Below, in pieces: positions 18,385 to 28,031 of a DNA stretch of 64,000 nt. The stretch comes from Candidatus Kuenenbacteria bacterium HGW-Kuenenbacteria-1 (lineage in GTDB: Bacteria > Patescibacteriota > Patescibacteriia > UBA2591 > PGYQ01). The stretch covers positions 80,775 to 144,774 of the forward strand of contig PGYQ01000001.1 of assembly GCA_002839745.1 (NCBI GenBank), given 5' to 3'. The notes under the pieces are model-generated. The model was given only the letters and a program-made list of their open reading frames with translations, did not search any database and was not told the DNA's origin. Made by a program: the position numbers and the translations under genes. How positions within the stretch are numbered: the first letter of the stretch is position 1; each line of letters begins with the position of its first letter.

Positions 18385-21384
18385 ATGGAAAAATCATTTT
18401 TCTCAAAAATGGAAGAAGAAATTTTAATTTTTTGGAAAGAAAATAATGTTTTCAAAAAATCTATTGAACAAAGAGATATAAAAAAGTCTTATGTTTTTTA
18501 TGATGGCCCACCATTTGCTACAGGCACTCCGCATTATGGGCATATTGTTGGTAGCGTTATGAAAGACATTATCCCTAGATATTGGACAATGAAAGGTTAT
18601 CGCGTTGAAAGAAAATGGGGATGGGATTGTCATGGTCTACCAATTGAAAATATTGCCGAAAAAGAATTGGGTTTTAAAACAAAAAAAGAAATTAAAGAAT
18701 TAGGAGTGGAAAAATTTAATGAAATTTGTCATTCAAAAGTTTTGAGTTATGTTAAAGAATGGGAAAAAGTAATTGAACGATTGGGTCGTTGGGCAGATAT
18801 GGATAATGCTTATAAAACTATGGATTTGGATTTTATGGAATCTGTTTGGTGGGTTTTTAAACAATTATGGGATAAAGGTTTAATTTATGAAGGCTATCGT
18901 TCTATGGCTATTTGTCCTCGTTGTGAAACAACTTTATCACAACAAGAAATCGCTGAGGGATATAAAATAATTAAAGATTTATCAGCAACAGTAAAATTTG
19001 AATTAGAAGATGAGCCAAAAACTTTTGTTTTAGCTTGGACAACAACGCCATGGACATTAATTGGAAATGTCGCATTGGCAATTGGAGAAAATATTGATTA
19101 TGTAAAAATAAGTTTAAAGTTGAAAGCTTGTGAAGAGCTTGCTGAATCCATTAAAATACAAAAATTAGGAGAATATTTTATCTTAGCCAAAGATAGATTA
19201 ATTGAAAATTTTAAAAATCAAGAATATGAAATTATTAGTGAATTTAAAGGATCAGAATTAATTGGCAAAAAATATAAACCTGTTTTTGATTATTATTTTA
19301 AAAATGAAAATTTAGAAAATAAAAAAAATGGTTGGAAAATATATTCCGGTGATTTCGTAACAATTGAAGAGGGGACTGGTGTTGTTCATATTGCGCCGGC
19401 TTTTGGTGAAGATGATATGAATTTAGGTAAAGAAAATAGTTTACCTTTTATTCAACATGTAAATATGGATGGAACAATTAAGATAGAAGCAAAGAATTTT
19501 GCTGGTATGAATGTCAAACCGATTGGCGATACTCAAAAAACAGATATTGAAATTATAAAATACTTGGCTCATAATGAATCATTGTTTAAAAAAGAAAAAT
19601 ATGAACATAGTTATCCGCATTGTTGGAGATGTGAAACCCCATTAATAAATTATGCGACTACTTCATGGTTTGTGGCTGTAACCAAGGTTAAAGAAAAGGC
19701 AATAAAATTTGCGCAAGAAATAAATTGGTCTCCTTCTCATATTAAAGAAGGTCGTTTTGGCAATTGGCTTTCAGGTAGTCGAGATTGGTCAATTAGCCGT
19801 CAGAGATTTTGGGCATCGGTTATTCCTATTTGGAAATGTTCTTGCGGAGAGATGAAAGTTTTTGGATCTGTAAAAGAATTAGAGGATTTAATAGGGCATA
19901 AAATTACTGATTTACATAAACATACTGTTGATAAAATAACTTTTAAATGTGAAAAATGTGAAAAAGAGATGAAACGAATCCCAGACGTTTTAGATACTTG
20001 GTTTGATTCAGGATCAATGCCATACGCGCAAATGCATTATCCATTTGAAAATAAAGAAAAATTTGAAGCTAATTTTCCAGCAGAGTTTATTGCTGAAGGA
20101 ATTGATCAAACTCGCGCCTGGTTTTATTATTTACATATTATTGGAACAGCAATTAATAATAGCAATGCGTTTAAAAATGTAATTGTTAATGGGATTGTTT
20201 TGGCTGAGGATGGCAAAAAAATGGCAAAGAGATTAAATAATTATTCCGATCCAAAGGAAATTTTTGATAAATATGGAGCAGATGCAATGCGTTTTTATTT
20301 AGCTTCTTCTCCAGTAATGAAAGCAGAAAATTTATCTTTTTCTGAAAAAGGAGTAGATGAAGCAAATAAAAAAATATTAAATACTTTATGGAATGTTTAT
20401 AAATTTTATGAATTGCATTCTAACAATCTAGAAATTAAAAGCTATAATATAAAAACTACTAATGTTTTAGATCAATGGATTTTGGCTAAATTAAATTTAT
20501 TAATAAAAGAAATAACAGTAAATATGGATGCTTATAAAATTATTAATAGTTGTCAATTTTTTGAAACTTTTATTAGTGAATTATCAACTTGGTATATTCG
20601 TAGAAGTCGCGAACGATTTAAATTAATAGATGAAAATAATTTTAAACCATTAATTGTTTTACATTATATTTTATTAACATTATCAAAATTAATGGCGCCA
20701 TTCACTCCATTTATTGCTGAAAAAATTTACCAAAATTTAAAAACCTATAACCTACAACCTACAGCCTACAATTTATCAATACATTTATGCGATTGGCCTC
20801 AATTAGATGAAGAAAAAATTGATCAAGAATTGATTAAACAAATGGATTTGGTTCGACAAATTTGTGAATTAGGACATAGTTTACGCTCAGAAGCTGGCAT
20901 TAAAGTACGACAAACACTAGGAAAATTTTCAATTTTCATCTGCCAGCTGGCGGATCAATTTTTAATTAATGAAGATTGTTTAAATTTAATCAAAGAAGAA
21001 TTAAATGTAAAAAATATAGAAATAGTGGGAGAATTACCAAAGGGAGAAAATTGGAAAACAAGAGAAGAAAATAAAATTCAAATGGCTTTGAATATAGAAA
21101 TAACGCCTGAATTAAAACAAGAGGGAATTTTTAGAGAAATTATCCGTCAGATCAATGTTTTGCGCAAAGAGAAGGGTTTAACAATTAAGGATAAAATTGA
21201 TTTATATGTTTATTTAGAGATAGGGGAGACAAAAGAGGTTTTTGAAAAATTTAAAGAAAAAATAGAAATAGCAACATTATGTAATCAATTATTATTTATT
21301 GAGCATAAAAAAGAAGGGGTTGATTTTGAAAAAGAAATTAAGATTGAAAATCAAGTAGTTTGGACAGGAATAAAAAAATATTAA
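18385..21384 (+). CDS. ileS: isoleucyl-tRNA synthetase, type 2 (eukaryote/archaea-like)
   Basis: PFATGTPHYGHIVGS (HIGH motif), KMAKRLNNY (KMSKS motif), a CP1 editing domain and zinc-binding CxxC pairs. 999 aa. Confidence 0.9.
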   Translation: MEKSFFSKMEEEILIFWKENNVFKKSIEQRDIKKSYVFYDGPPFATGTPHYGHIVGSVMKDIIPRYWTMKGYRVERKWGWDCHGLPIENIAEKELGFKTKKEIKELGVEKFNEICHSKVLSYVKEWEKVIERLGRWADMDNAYKTMDLDFMESVWWVFKQLWDKGLIYEGYRSMAICPRCETTLSQQEIAEGYKIIKDLSATVKFELEDEPKTFVLAWTTTPWTLIGNVALAIGENIDYVKISLKLKACEELAESIKIQKLGEYFILAKDRLIENFKNQEYEIISEFKGSELIGKKYKPVFDYYFKNENLENKKNGWKIYSGDFVTIEEGTGVVHIAPAFGEDDMNLGKENSLPFIQHVNMDGTIKIEAKNFAGMNVKPIGDTQKTDIEIIKYLAHNESLFKKEKYEHSYPHCWRCETPLINYATTSWFVAVTKVKEKAIKFAQEINWSPSHIKEGRFGNWLSGSRDWSISRQRFWASVIPIWKCSCGEMKVFGSVKELEDLIGHKITDLHKHTVDKITFKCEKCEKEMKRIPDVLDTWFDSGSMPYAQMHYPFENKEKFEANFPAEFIAEGIDQTRAWFYYLHIIGTAINNSNAFKNVIVNGIVLAEDGKKMAKRLNNYSDPKEIFDKYGADAMRFYLASSPVMKAENLSFSEKGVDEANKKILNTLWNVYKFYELHSNNLEIKSYNIKTTNVLDQWILAKLNLLIKEITVNMDAYKIINSCQFFETFISELSTWYIRRSRERFKLIDENNFKPLIVLHYILLTLSKLMAPFTPFIAEKIYQNLKTYNLQPTAYNLSIHLCDWPQLDEEKIDQELIKQMDLVRQICELGHSLRSEAGIKVRQTLGKFSIFICQLADQFLINEDCLNLIKEELNVKNIEIVGELPKGENWKTREENKIQMALNIEITPELKQEGIFREIIRQINVLRKEKGLTIKDKIDLYVYLEIGETKEVFEKFKEKIEIATLCNQLLFIEHKKEGVDFEKEIKIENQVVWTGIKKY

Positions 21385-21417
21385 AATTTAAATTTTTATT
21401 GTTTAATATATTTTTAT

Positions 21418-22119
21418 ATGAAAAAAAATATTTTTTTTATATTAATTATTGTGCTATTATGTTTTATAATAGGTGGCTATTTTTTATGGCAAATATTTAT
21501 TAAAAACAATCAACATGTTTTTCCTTCTGATTTTGTGAAAGAAAAAATTAGGGAAAATAATGAAATGATAGATAAAAAAATAGAGGATAATAAAATTTTA
21601 AATAATAACAAAGAAAATATTTCTTTAATAAAAAATATGCAACATATAATAACAATCAAAACTAATATGGGTGAAATTCGTTTTATGACTTATGACGCGG
21701 ATGCGCCCAAAACTGTTAATAATTTTATAACTCTTACTCAAAAAGGATTTTATGATGGAACAATTTTTCATCGAGTGATTGATGGGTTTATGATTCAAGG
21801 TGGAGATCCAGAGGGTACTGGAATGGGTGGTCCGGGATATACCTTTGAAGACGAATTAAATTCTCAAACTGATTCTTATAAGGAGGGTTATAAAAAAGGA
21901 GTAGTTGCTATGGCTAATGCAGGACCAAATACAAATGGTAGCCAATTTTTTATTATGACCGATGATTATCCTTTACCAAATAATTATACAATTTTTGGAA
22001 AAGTAATTTCTGGACAGGAAGTCGTTGATAAAATTGTTAAAACAAAAGTTGGTCAAAATGATCGTCCAATTTCTCCTATAATAATGGAAAAAGTGTCTGT
22101 ATTAGAATTTAAAAATTAA
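21418..22119 (+). CDS. ppiB: cyclophilin-type peptidyl-prolyl cis-trans isomerase with an N-terminal membrane anchor
   Basis: [37 protein letters not shown]...NGSQFFI. Confidence 0.85.
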   Translation: MKKNIFFILIIVLLCFIIGGYFLWQIFIKNNQHVFPSDFVKEKIRENNEMIDKKIEDNKILNNNKENISLIKNMQHIITIKTNMGEIRFMTYDADAPKTVNNFITLTQKGFYDGTIFHRVIDGFMIQGGDPEGTGMGGPGYTFEDELNSQTDSYKEGYKKGVVAMANAGPNTNGSQFFIMTDDYPLPNNYTIFGKVISGQEVVDKIVKTKVGQNDRPISPIIMEKVSVLEFKN

Positions 22120-22129
22120 TTTTAATTTT

Positions 22130-23386
22130 ATGTCTATTTTAAAAAAAATTGATTCTGAAATTGCTGAGGCGATTGAAGGGGAACTTAATAGACAAAGAAA
22201 TGGTCTTGTAATGATTCCATCAGAAAATCATGCTTCAGAAGCTGTGCTTATGGCTATGGGGACTCCTGTTTCTAATAAATATGCCGAGGGTTATCCATAT
22301 AAACGTTATTACACTGGTAATGAATTTATAGATAAAATTGAAAATTTAGCTATTGAACGGGCAAAAAAACTTTTTAATGCTGAACATGCTAATGTTCAGC
22401 CCAATGCTGGTTCTGGCGCTAATATGGCAATTTATCTTGCTATGCTCAAATATGGCGATAAAATTATGGGATTAAAACTTGATCAAGGTGGTCATTTAAC
22501 TCATGGGCATCCTGTAAATTTTTCCGGTCAACTTTATAATTTTGTTCAATATGGTGTTAATAAAGAAACTGAATTAATTGACATGGACGAAGTGCGTAAA
22601 ATTGCTTTAAAAGAAAAACCAAAAATGATCGTAACTGGCGCTACGGCTTATCCTAGAATTTTTGATTTTAAAGCATTTAAAGAAATTTGCGATGAAGTCG
22701 GGGCTTTGCTTTTAGCTGATATTTCTCATTTTGTTGGTCTTTGTATCTCAGGAGATCATCCAGAACCATTTCCTTATGCTGATTTTGTGATGACCACTAC
22801 TCATAAAACCTTACGTGGTCCAAGAAGCGCTATCATTCTTTCTAAAGAACAACACGCCAAAGCAATTGATAAAGCTATTTTTCCTGGCACTCAAGGCGGA
22901 CCAATGGAACATATCATTGCTGCCAAGGCAGTTTGTTTTAAAGAAGCTTTAGACCCAGAGTTTAAAAAATATGCTCATCAAATAATGCTTAATGCTAAGG
23001 CATTAGCCAAAGTTTTATTAGATGAAGGATTGCGACTTGTTTCCGGAGGTACTGACAATCATTTAATATTAATTGATTGTCGTTCGCTTAAAATTACTGG
23101 CAGACAAGGTTCGGAAGCGTTGGAAGAATGTGGAATTTATACTAATAGAAATACCATTCCATATGATGATAAAGGCACAGCTTTTGAGCCAAACGGTATT
23201 CGCTTAGGTACTCCTGCCCTAACAACTCGTGGCATGAAAGAAGAAGAAATGAAATTAATTGGTGAAATGATTGTAAATATTATTAAAAATATTGGAGATG
23301 AAAATATTAAAAAAAATGTTAAATTTAAAATTAAAGAATTAACAGAAAAATATCCATTATATAAAGGTTTGAGTTATGTAAAATAA
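22130..23386 (+). CDS. glyA: serine hydroxymethyltransferase
   Basis: [31 protein letters not shown], and the PLP-binding Lys region [11 protein letters not shown]. Confidence 0.9.
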   Translation: MSILKKIDSEIAEAIEGELNRQRNGLVMIPSENHASEAVLMAMGTPVSNKYAEGYPYKRYYTGNEFIDKIENLAIERAKKLFNAEHANVQPNAGSGANMAIYLAMLKYGDKIMGLKLDQGGHLTHGHPVNFSGQLYNFVQYGVNKETELIDMDEVRKIALKEKPKMIVTGATAYPRIFDFKAFKEICDEVGALLLADISHFVGLCISGDHPEPFPYADFVMTTTHKTLRGPRSAIILSKEQHAKAIDKAIFPGTQGGPMEHIIAAKAVCFKEALDPEFKKYAHQIMLNAKALAKVLLDEGLRLVSGGTDNHLILIDCRSLKITGRQGSEALEECGIYTNRNTIPYDDKGTAFEPNGIRLGTPALTTRGMKEEEMKLIGEMIVNIIKNIGDENIKKNVKFKIKELTEKYPLYKGLSYVK

Positions 23387-23406
23387 AAAAAGTTTATTTT
23401 TTTCTA

Positions 23407-23479
23407 AGCCCCTTGTTGGAATTGAACCAGCAACCTACGGTTTACGATACCGTTGCTCTACCAATTGAGCTAAAGGGGC
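23407..23479 (-). tRNA. tRNA-Thr (anticodon CGT)
   Basis: The reverse complement folds as a cloverleaf. Acceptor GCCCCTT/AAGGGGC. Anticodon stem ACGGT/ACCGT with loop atCGTaa. T-loop TTCAATT. Confidence 0.8.
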
Positions 23480-23484
23480 AATAA

Positions 23485-23559
23485 TGGAGCAGGTGAAGGG
23501 ATTCGAACCCTCGATCTCTTCCTTGGGAAGGAAACATGTTACCGCTACACCACACCTGC
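23485..23559 (-). tRNA. tRNA-Gly (anticodon CCC) with an encoded CCA
   Basis: Reverse complement GCAGGTG...TTCCCAA...GGGTTCGAATCCC...CACCTGC-T-CCA. Anticodon loop ttCCCaa. Confidence 0.8.
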
Positions 23560-23704
23560 GGAAATTTTAAAATAGTAATTAGTAACAAACAATCCGTAAC
23601 GAGTAAACAGATAAAAGATTATTTTTAAATTTAATGTTTAGTATTAATATAAAAATATTACCCGTTACTTATTACTGATTACGTGTTACTTTATTAAGTA
23701 TAAA

Positions 23705-24409
23705 ATGTTTTTTATAAAAAAACAATTTAATGAACAATATAAAAATATTATTTCTTTAGGAGTTTTTAGTTTTTGCTTTTTTGCAGGATTTGGTTTATTG
23801 TTTTATTCTTTTTTTATTATTTATCCTATAGAACAAATTTCTGATACAGAAGACCAAAATATTATAGATGTTAGCGCAGATATAAATATTGTATCAAAAC
23901 CATTTGATCTTAGTAAAGTTAAAATAAATGTTAATACAGAAATAGAATTTCAAAAAATAAAAAATGCAGAGAATAAAGAAGCAGAAAGAATTAAAGAAAT
24001 AGAAAAAATAAAGCAAGAAAAAATCAAAGAAGCAGAAAGAATTAAAGAAATAGAAAAAATAAAGCAAGAAAAAATCAAAGAAGCAGAAAGAATTAAAGAA
24101 ATAGAAAAAATAAAACAAAAAAAAATTAATGAGACAAAAAAAGCAAAAGAAACAGAGATTGGTATGGCTAGTTGGTATTGTCCAAGATGGTGTAATAAAT
24201 TGACTGCGGCTCATCCAAAATATCCCAAAGGAACCAAATTAAAAGTAACTAATTTAAAAAATAAAAAATCAGTAATTGTTATTGTAAATGATTTTGGACC
24301 GATTAAAGCTATACATCCTAATAGAATAATTGATTTAACAAAAACAGCTTTTCAAAAAATTGCTAGTATTAAAGCAGGAAAAATAAAGGTTATGGTAGAA
24401 AAATTATAA
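23705..24409 (+). CDS. rlpA: RlpA-like double-psi beta-barrel (septal ring lytic transglycosylase RlpA family) protein with an N-terminal TM and a tandem-repeat linker
   Basis: The C-terminal segment GMASWYCPRW...TAAHPKYPKGTKLKVTNLKNKKSVIVIVNDFGP...RIIDLTKTAF fits RlpA DPBB. It is preceded by three repeats of EAERIKEIEKIKQEKIK. Confidence 0.65.
   Translation: MFFIKKQFNEQYKNIISLGVFSFCFFAGFGLLFYSFFIIYPIEQISDTEDQNIIDVSADINIVSKPFDLSKVKINVNTEIEFQKIKNAENKEAERIKEIEKIKQEKIKEAERIKEIEKIKQEKIKEAERIKEIEKIKQKKINETKKAKETEIGMASWYCPRWCNKLTAAHPKYPKGTKLKVTNLKNKKSVIVIVNDFGPIKAIHPNRIIDLTKTAFQKIASIKAGKIKVMVEKL
23981..24133 (+). repeat. 3 x 51-bp near-perfect tandem repeat inside the rlpA-like gene
   Basis: The period is exactly 51 bp (copies start at 23981, 24032 and 24083). 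The first two units are identical and the third diverges at its 3' end. Confidence 0.8.
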
Positions 24410-24503
24410 AAAAATATACAAAGGTTCAACCCTCACTTTTATAAAAATTTGATTTTTAATTAAAATTTGTTAATCTTAAAAAATTAATAATAAACTATTT
24501 TTT

Positions 24504-27179
24504 ATGCTTTTCTTTCTAAATCCTAATAAAAAAATATTAAAAAAACTGCAACCGATTGTTGATCAAATTAATGCGCTAGAACCAACATTTGAAAAATTTT
24601 CTGATCAAGAATTGCACGAACAAACCAAAAAATTTCAACAAGAAATAAAAGAACAAAAAAAATCTTTGGATGATATTTTGCCAGAAGCTTTTGCTGTTGT
24701 TAGAGAAGCAGCAAAAAGAGTAATAAAACAAAGACATTTTGATGTTCAGCTTTTGGGTGGGATTATTCTTCATCAAGGAAAAATTGCTGAAATGAAAACA
24801 GGAGAAGGAAAAACCTTGGTTGCTACTTTGCCAGCTTATCTCAATGCCTTAGAGGGTAGGGGAGTGCATATTATTACTGTTAATGATTATTTAACTCAAA
24901 GAGATGCTTTATGGATGGGAAGAATTTTTAATTTTTTAGGCTTAAGTATTGGATGTATTCAACATGAAAAAGCCTTAAAATTTTTTTCTGAAAAAGAAAA
25001 TAATTTATTACAAGATCTACAAACTATAAACTACAAACTGCAAACTGATTTAATTCCTGTTTCTAGAAAAGAAGCGTATGCTTGCGATATTCTTTATGGA
25101 ACAAATAATGAATTTGGTTTTGATTATCTAAAAGATAATATGGTTTATAATTTAAATGAAATGAATCAACGATCATTTAATTATGCAATCATTGATGAAA
25201 TAGACAGTATTTTAATTGATGAAGCAAGAACTCCTTTAATTATTTCCGCGCCTGCTGAAGAATCAGCGGAACAATATAATCAATTTGCTCAATTAATTCG
25301 TCGGCTTAAAGAAAATGAAGATTATAATATTGATGAAAAAATGAAAGCTGCCACTTTAACTGAGGAAGGAATTTCTAAAATGGAAAAATGGTTAGGAATG
25401 CAAAATATTTATACTGAAGGAGGTATTAATTTAGTGCATCATTTAGAGGAAGCATTAAAAGCAGAAACACTTTTTAAGTGTGATAGAGATTATGTAATTA
25501 AAGAAGGAGAAATAATGATTGTGGATGAATTTACTGGACGTTTAATGCCAGGGCGACGTTATTCTGGAGGACTTCATCAAGCTATTGAAGCAAAAGAAGG
25601 AGTTCAGGTTCAAAAAGAAAGCGTTACTTTAGCAACAATTACTTTTCAAAATTATTTTCGTATTTATAAAAAATTAGCTGGAATGACTGGTACAGCAATT
25701 ACTTCTGCGGAAGAATTTTCTAAGGTTTATAATTTAGACGTTGTTGCAGTTCCAACTAATAATTTAATGATCAGAAAAGATTTAGCAGATAAAATTTATA
25801 AAACAGAAGAAGGAAAATATAAAGCCATTGTTGAAAAAATTAAAGAATTACATCAAACCAAACAACCGGTTTTAGTTGGAACAATTTCTATTACAAAAAA
25901 TGAATTATTAGGAGAACTGTTAGATAAAGTTGGAATTCCTTATGAAATTTTAAATGCCAAAAATCATTGGAAAGAAGCGGAAATTATTTCTCAAGCAGGT
26001 AAAAAAGGAGCTGTAACAATTGCCACAAATATGGCTGGACGTGGAGTAGATATCATTTTAGGAGGAAAAAAAACAGAAGAAATTTCAGAAGAAGAATATC
26101 AAAAAACACATAATGAGGTAGTTTCTTTGGGTGGTTTATATATGATTGGCAGTGAAAGACATGAAGCAAGAAGAATTGATAATCAATTAAGAGGACGATC
26201 TGGTCGTCAAGGAGATCCTGGATGTTCTCAATTTTTTATTTCCATGGAAGATGATTTAATGAGAATTTTTGGTTCAGTTAAAATGAAAGAAATAATGACT
26301 CATCTAGGTTTGCCTGATGATATGCCAATTGAAAATAAAATGATTTCTCATTCTATTGAAGCTGCTCAAAATAAAATTGAAGGATATAATTTTGACGTAA
26401 GAAAACATTTACTTGAATATGATGATGTTATTAATAAGCATCGTGAAACTATTTACAAAAAAAGACGTGAAGCGTTAGAACCATCTAAAAATTTAAAAGA
26501 GATAGTTTTAGAAATGATAGAAAAAGAAATCGAACAAGTCGTTTCTTTTCATACTTCCTTAGAAGATGAGCGACAATGGGATTTAGAAGAAATTTATGAA
26601 GTGGTTCATACAATTTTTCCTATTTCAAAAGAAGTTAGAATAAAATTAGAAGACATAGAAAGAGAAGCTGGAAATAAAACTCAAGATATATTAGCAAGAA
26701 CAAAAATTATTCAATATTTAGTTAAATTGTCTTTAAAAGAATATGATAAATTAGAAGAAAAAATAAATTTAGCTATTAATAATAATCAAACTTTAATAGA
26801 AAATAATGACTCTATGAGAAAAATTGAAAAAGAAATTATATTACGCAGTATTGATAATTTATGGATTGAACATCTAGAAGCCATTGATTATTTAAAAACA
26901 GGTATTGGTTTACGTGGTTATGGACAAAGAGATCCATTAATTGAATTTAAAAAAGAAGCTTATAGAATGTTTAATGAATTAATAAATATCATTGAAAAAC
27001 AAATTGTTTATAGTATTTATAAAATTGGTTTTGCTGTTGAAATAGCTCCATCAATAATGCAAAAAAATAATAGCAAATTAAATACTTCTTCTAAGATAAT
27101 TTTGAAACAAAAAATTAGCCGAAATGATTTATGTTCTTGTGGTTCAGGAAAAAAATATAAACATTGTTGTGGAAAATAA
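24504..27179 (+). CDS. secA: preprotein translocase ATPase SecA
   Basis: Both DEAD motor domains (MKTGEGKTLVATLPAYLNAL, IIDEIDSILIDEARTPLIIS), the HWD/HSD scaffold, and a C-terminal zinc finger CSCGSGKKYKHCCG. Confidence 0.9.
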   Translation: MLFFLNPNKKILKKLQPIVDQINALEPTFEKFSDQELHEQTKKFQQEIKEQKKSLDDILPEAFAVVREAAKRVIKQRHFDVQLLGGIILHQGKIAEMKTGEGKTLVATLPAYLNALEGRGVHIITVNDYLTQRDALWMGRIFNFLGLSIGCIQHEKALKFFSEKENNLLQDLQTINYKLQTDLIPVSRKEAYACDILYGTNNEFGFDYLKDNMVYNLNEMNQRSFNYAIIDEIDSILIDEARTPLIISAPAEESAEQYNQFAQLIRRLKENEDYNIDEKMKAATLTEEGISKMEKWLGMQNIYTEGGINLVHHLEEALKAETLFKCDRDYVIKEGEIMIVDEFTGRLMPGRRYSGGLHQAIEAKEGVQVQKESVTLATITFQNYFRIYKKLAGMTGTAITSAEEFSKVYNLDVVAVPTNNLMIRKDLADKIYKTEEGKYKAIVEKIKELHQTKQPVLVGTISITKNELLGELLDKVGIPYEILNAKNHWKEAEIISQAGKKGAVTIATNMAGRGVDIILGGKKTEEISEEEYQKTHNEVVSLGGLYMIGSERHEARRIDNQLRGRSGRQGDPGCSQFFISMEDDLMRIFGSVKMKEIMTHLGLPDDMPIENKMISHSIEAAQNKIEGYNFDVRKHLLEYDDVINKHRETIYKKRREALEPSKNLKEIVLEMIEKEIEQVVSFHTSLEDERQWDLEEIYEVVHTIFPISKEVRIKLEDIEREAGNKTQDILARTKIIQYLVKLSLKEYDKLEEKINLAINNNQTLIENNDSMRKIEKEIILRSIDNLWIEHLEAIDYLKTGIGLRGYGQRDPLIEFKKEAYRMFNELINIIEKQIVYSIYKIGFAVEIAPSIMQKNNSKLNTSSKIILKQKISRNDLCSCGSGKKYKHCCGK

Positions 27180-27213
27180 TAAAACATTTTACTTAGATAA
27201 TGCAGATGTAGTT

Positions 27214-27768
27214 TTAGTTTTTTCTCGTGGCAAAATATAGTTGCATTTGTACTATTGTTGTGCTGATTTGTATAATAAACATTGAAAAAAATAAAATTTT
27301 AAATCCCCATTGATTAACAATTAACGTTCCAATAAAAGAAGCGACGCTGACTGCCAAAAATGCGCCCCCGCTCTCAAAGCCCCATTGCGATCCCTCTTTC
27401 CCTTTTTGAATATACTTTGCAAATAGGGCAGTTAATGGCGCTGACAGACAAGCTGTCCCTATTGCGAATATGACTTGTAGAAAAAATAATTGCCACGGGC
27501 TTGATATAGTTAAATATAACAAACTACCTAAAGCATACATGCCGTATCCGAAAATTGTAATAAGTTCTTTATTTAGTTTATCAGACATTTTACCGACTAC
27601 CATCATTAAAACACCTGTACAAGCACTAAAAACTGTGACAGTAAAACCAATGTCTAAAATACTGCCACCAATTTTTTCAACAAACACAGCATAAAATGGA
27701 CCAATTAGGTTATCACCAAAATTTGCCATTAAACTAGCGGTTAAAAGTATTTTATATCCTTTTTTCAT
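27214..27768 (-). CDS. MFS-type transporter N-terminal six-helix half, either truncated or a half-size transporter
   Basis: 184 aa with 6 TM helices and an MFS-like start MKKGYKILLTASLMANFGDNLIGPFYAVF. The expected C-terminal 6 helices are absent. secA ends 35 bp away. Confidence 0.45.
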   Translation of the reverse strand: MKKGYKILLTASLMANFGDNLIGPFYAVFVEKIGGSILDIGFTVTVFSACTGVLMMVVGKMSDKLNKELITIFGYGMYALGSLLYLTISSPWQLFFLQVIFAIGTACLSAPLTALFAKYIQKGKEGSQWGFESGGAFLAVSVASFIGTLIVNQWGFKILFFSMFIIQISTTIVQMQLYFATRKN

Positions 27769-28031
27769 TTAAGGGGATTTAAATTTAATTTTTATTCCAA
27801 AGAAAAATTAAATTTCGTCTATGGAATTTTAAATTAAAAAATAAAAAATAAATTTAATAAATTTTATGACATAAATTCTAGTAAATTTTTCACTTGTGAG
27901 TTGTTTTATCATTGAGCTATTATGATGCAATAATTAATTAGGATGACTCAAGAAGAGTTATCAAGGGTAGTCGCATAAGGTTTATTGTGCGACGCGATAT
28001 ATATTTTAAAACCGTATTTCCTTTCCTTTTA

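Noticed and set aside
23981-24133. Considered whether the regularly spaced 51-bp repeats could be a CRISPR array
   Set aside because: The units are contiguous with no spacers. They are in frame within a coding sequence and encode a repeated peptide. No cas genes are present in the window.
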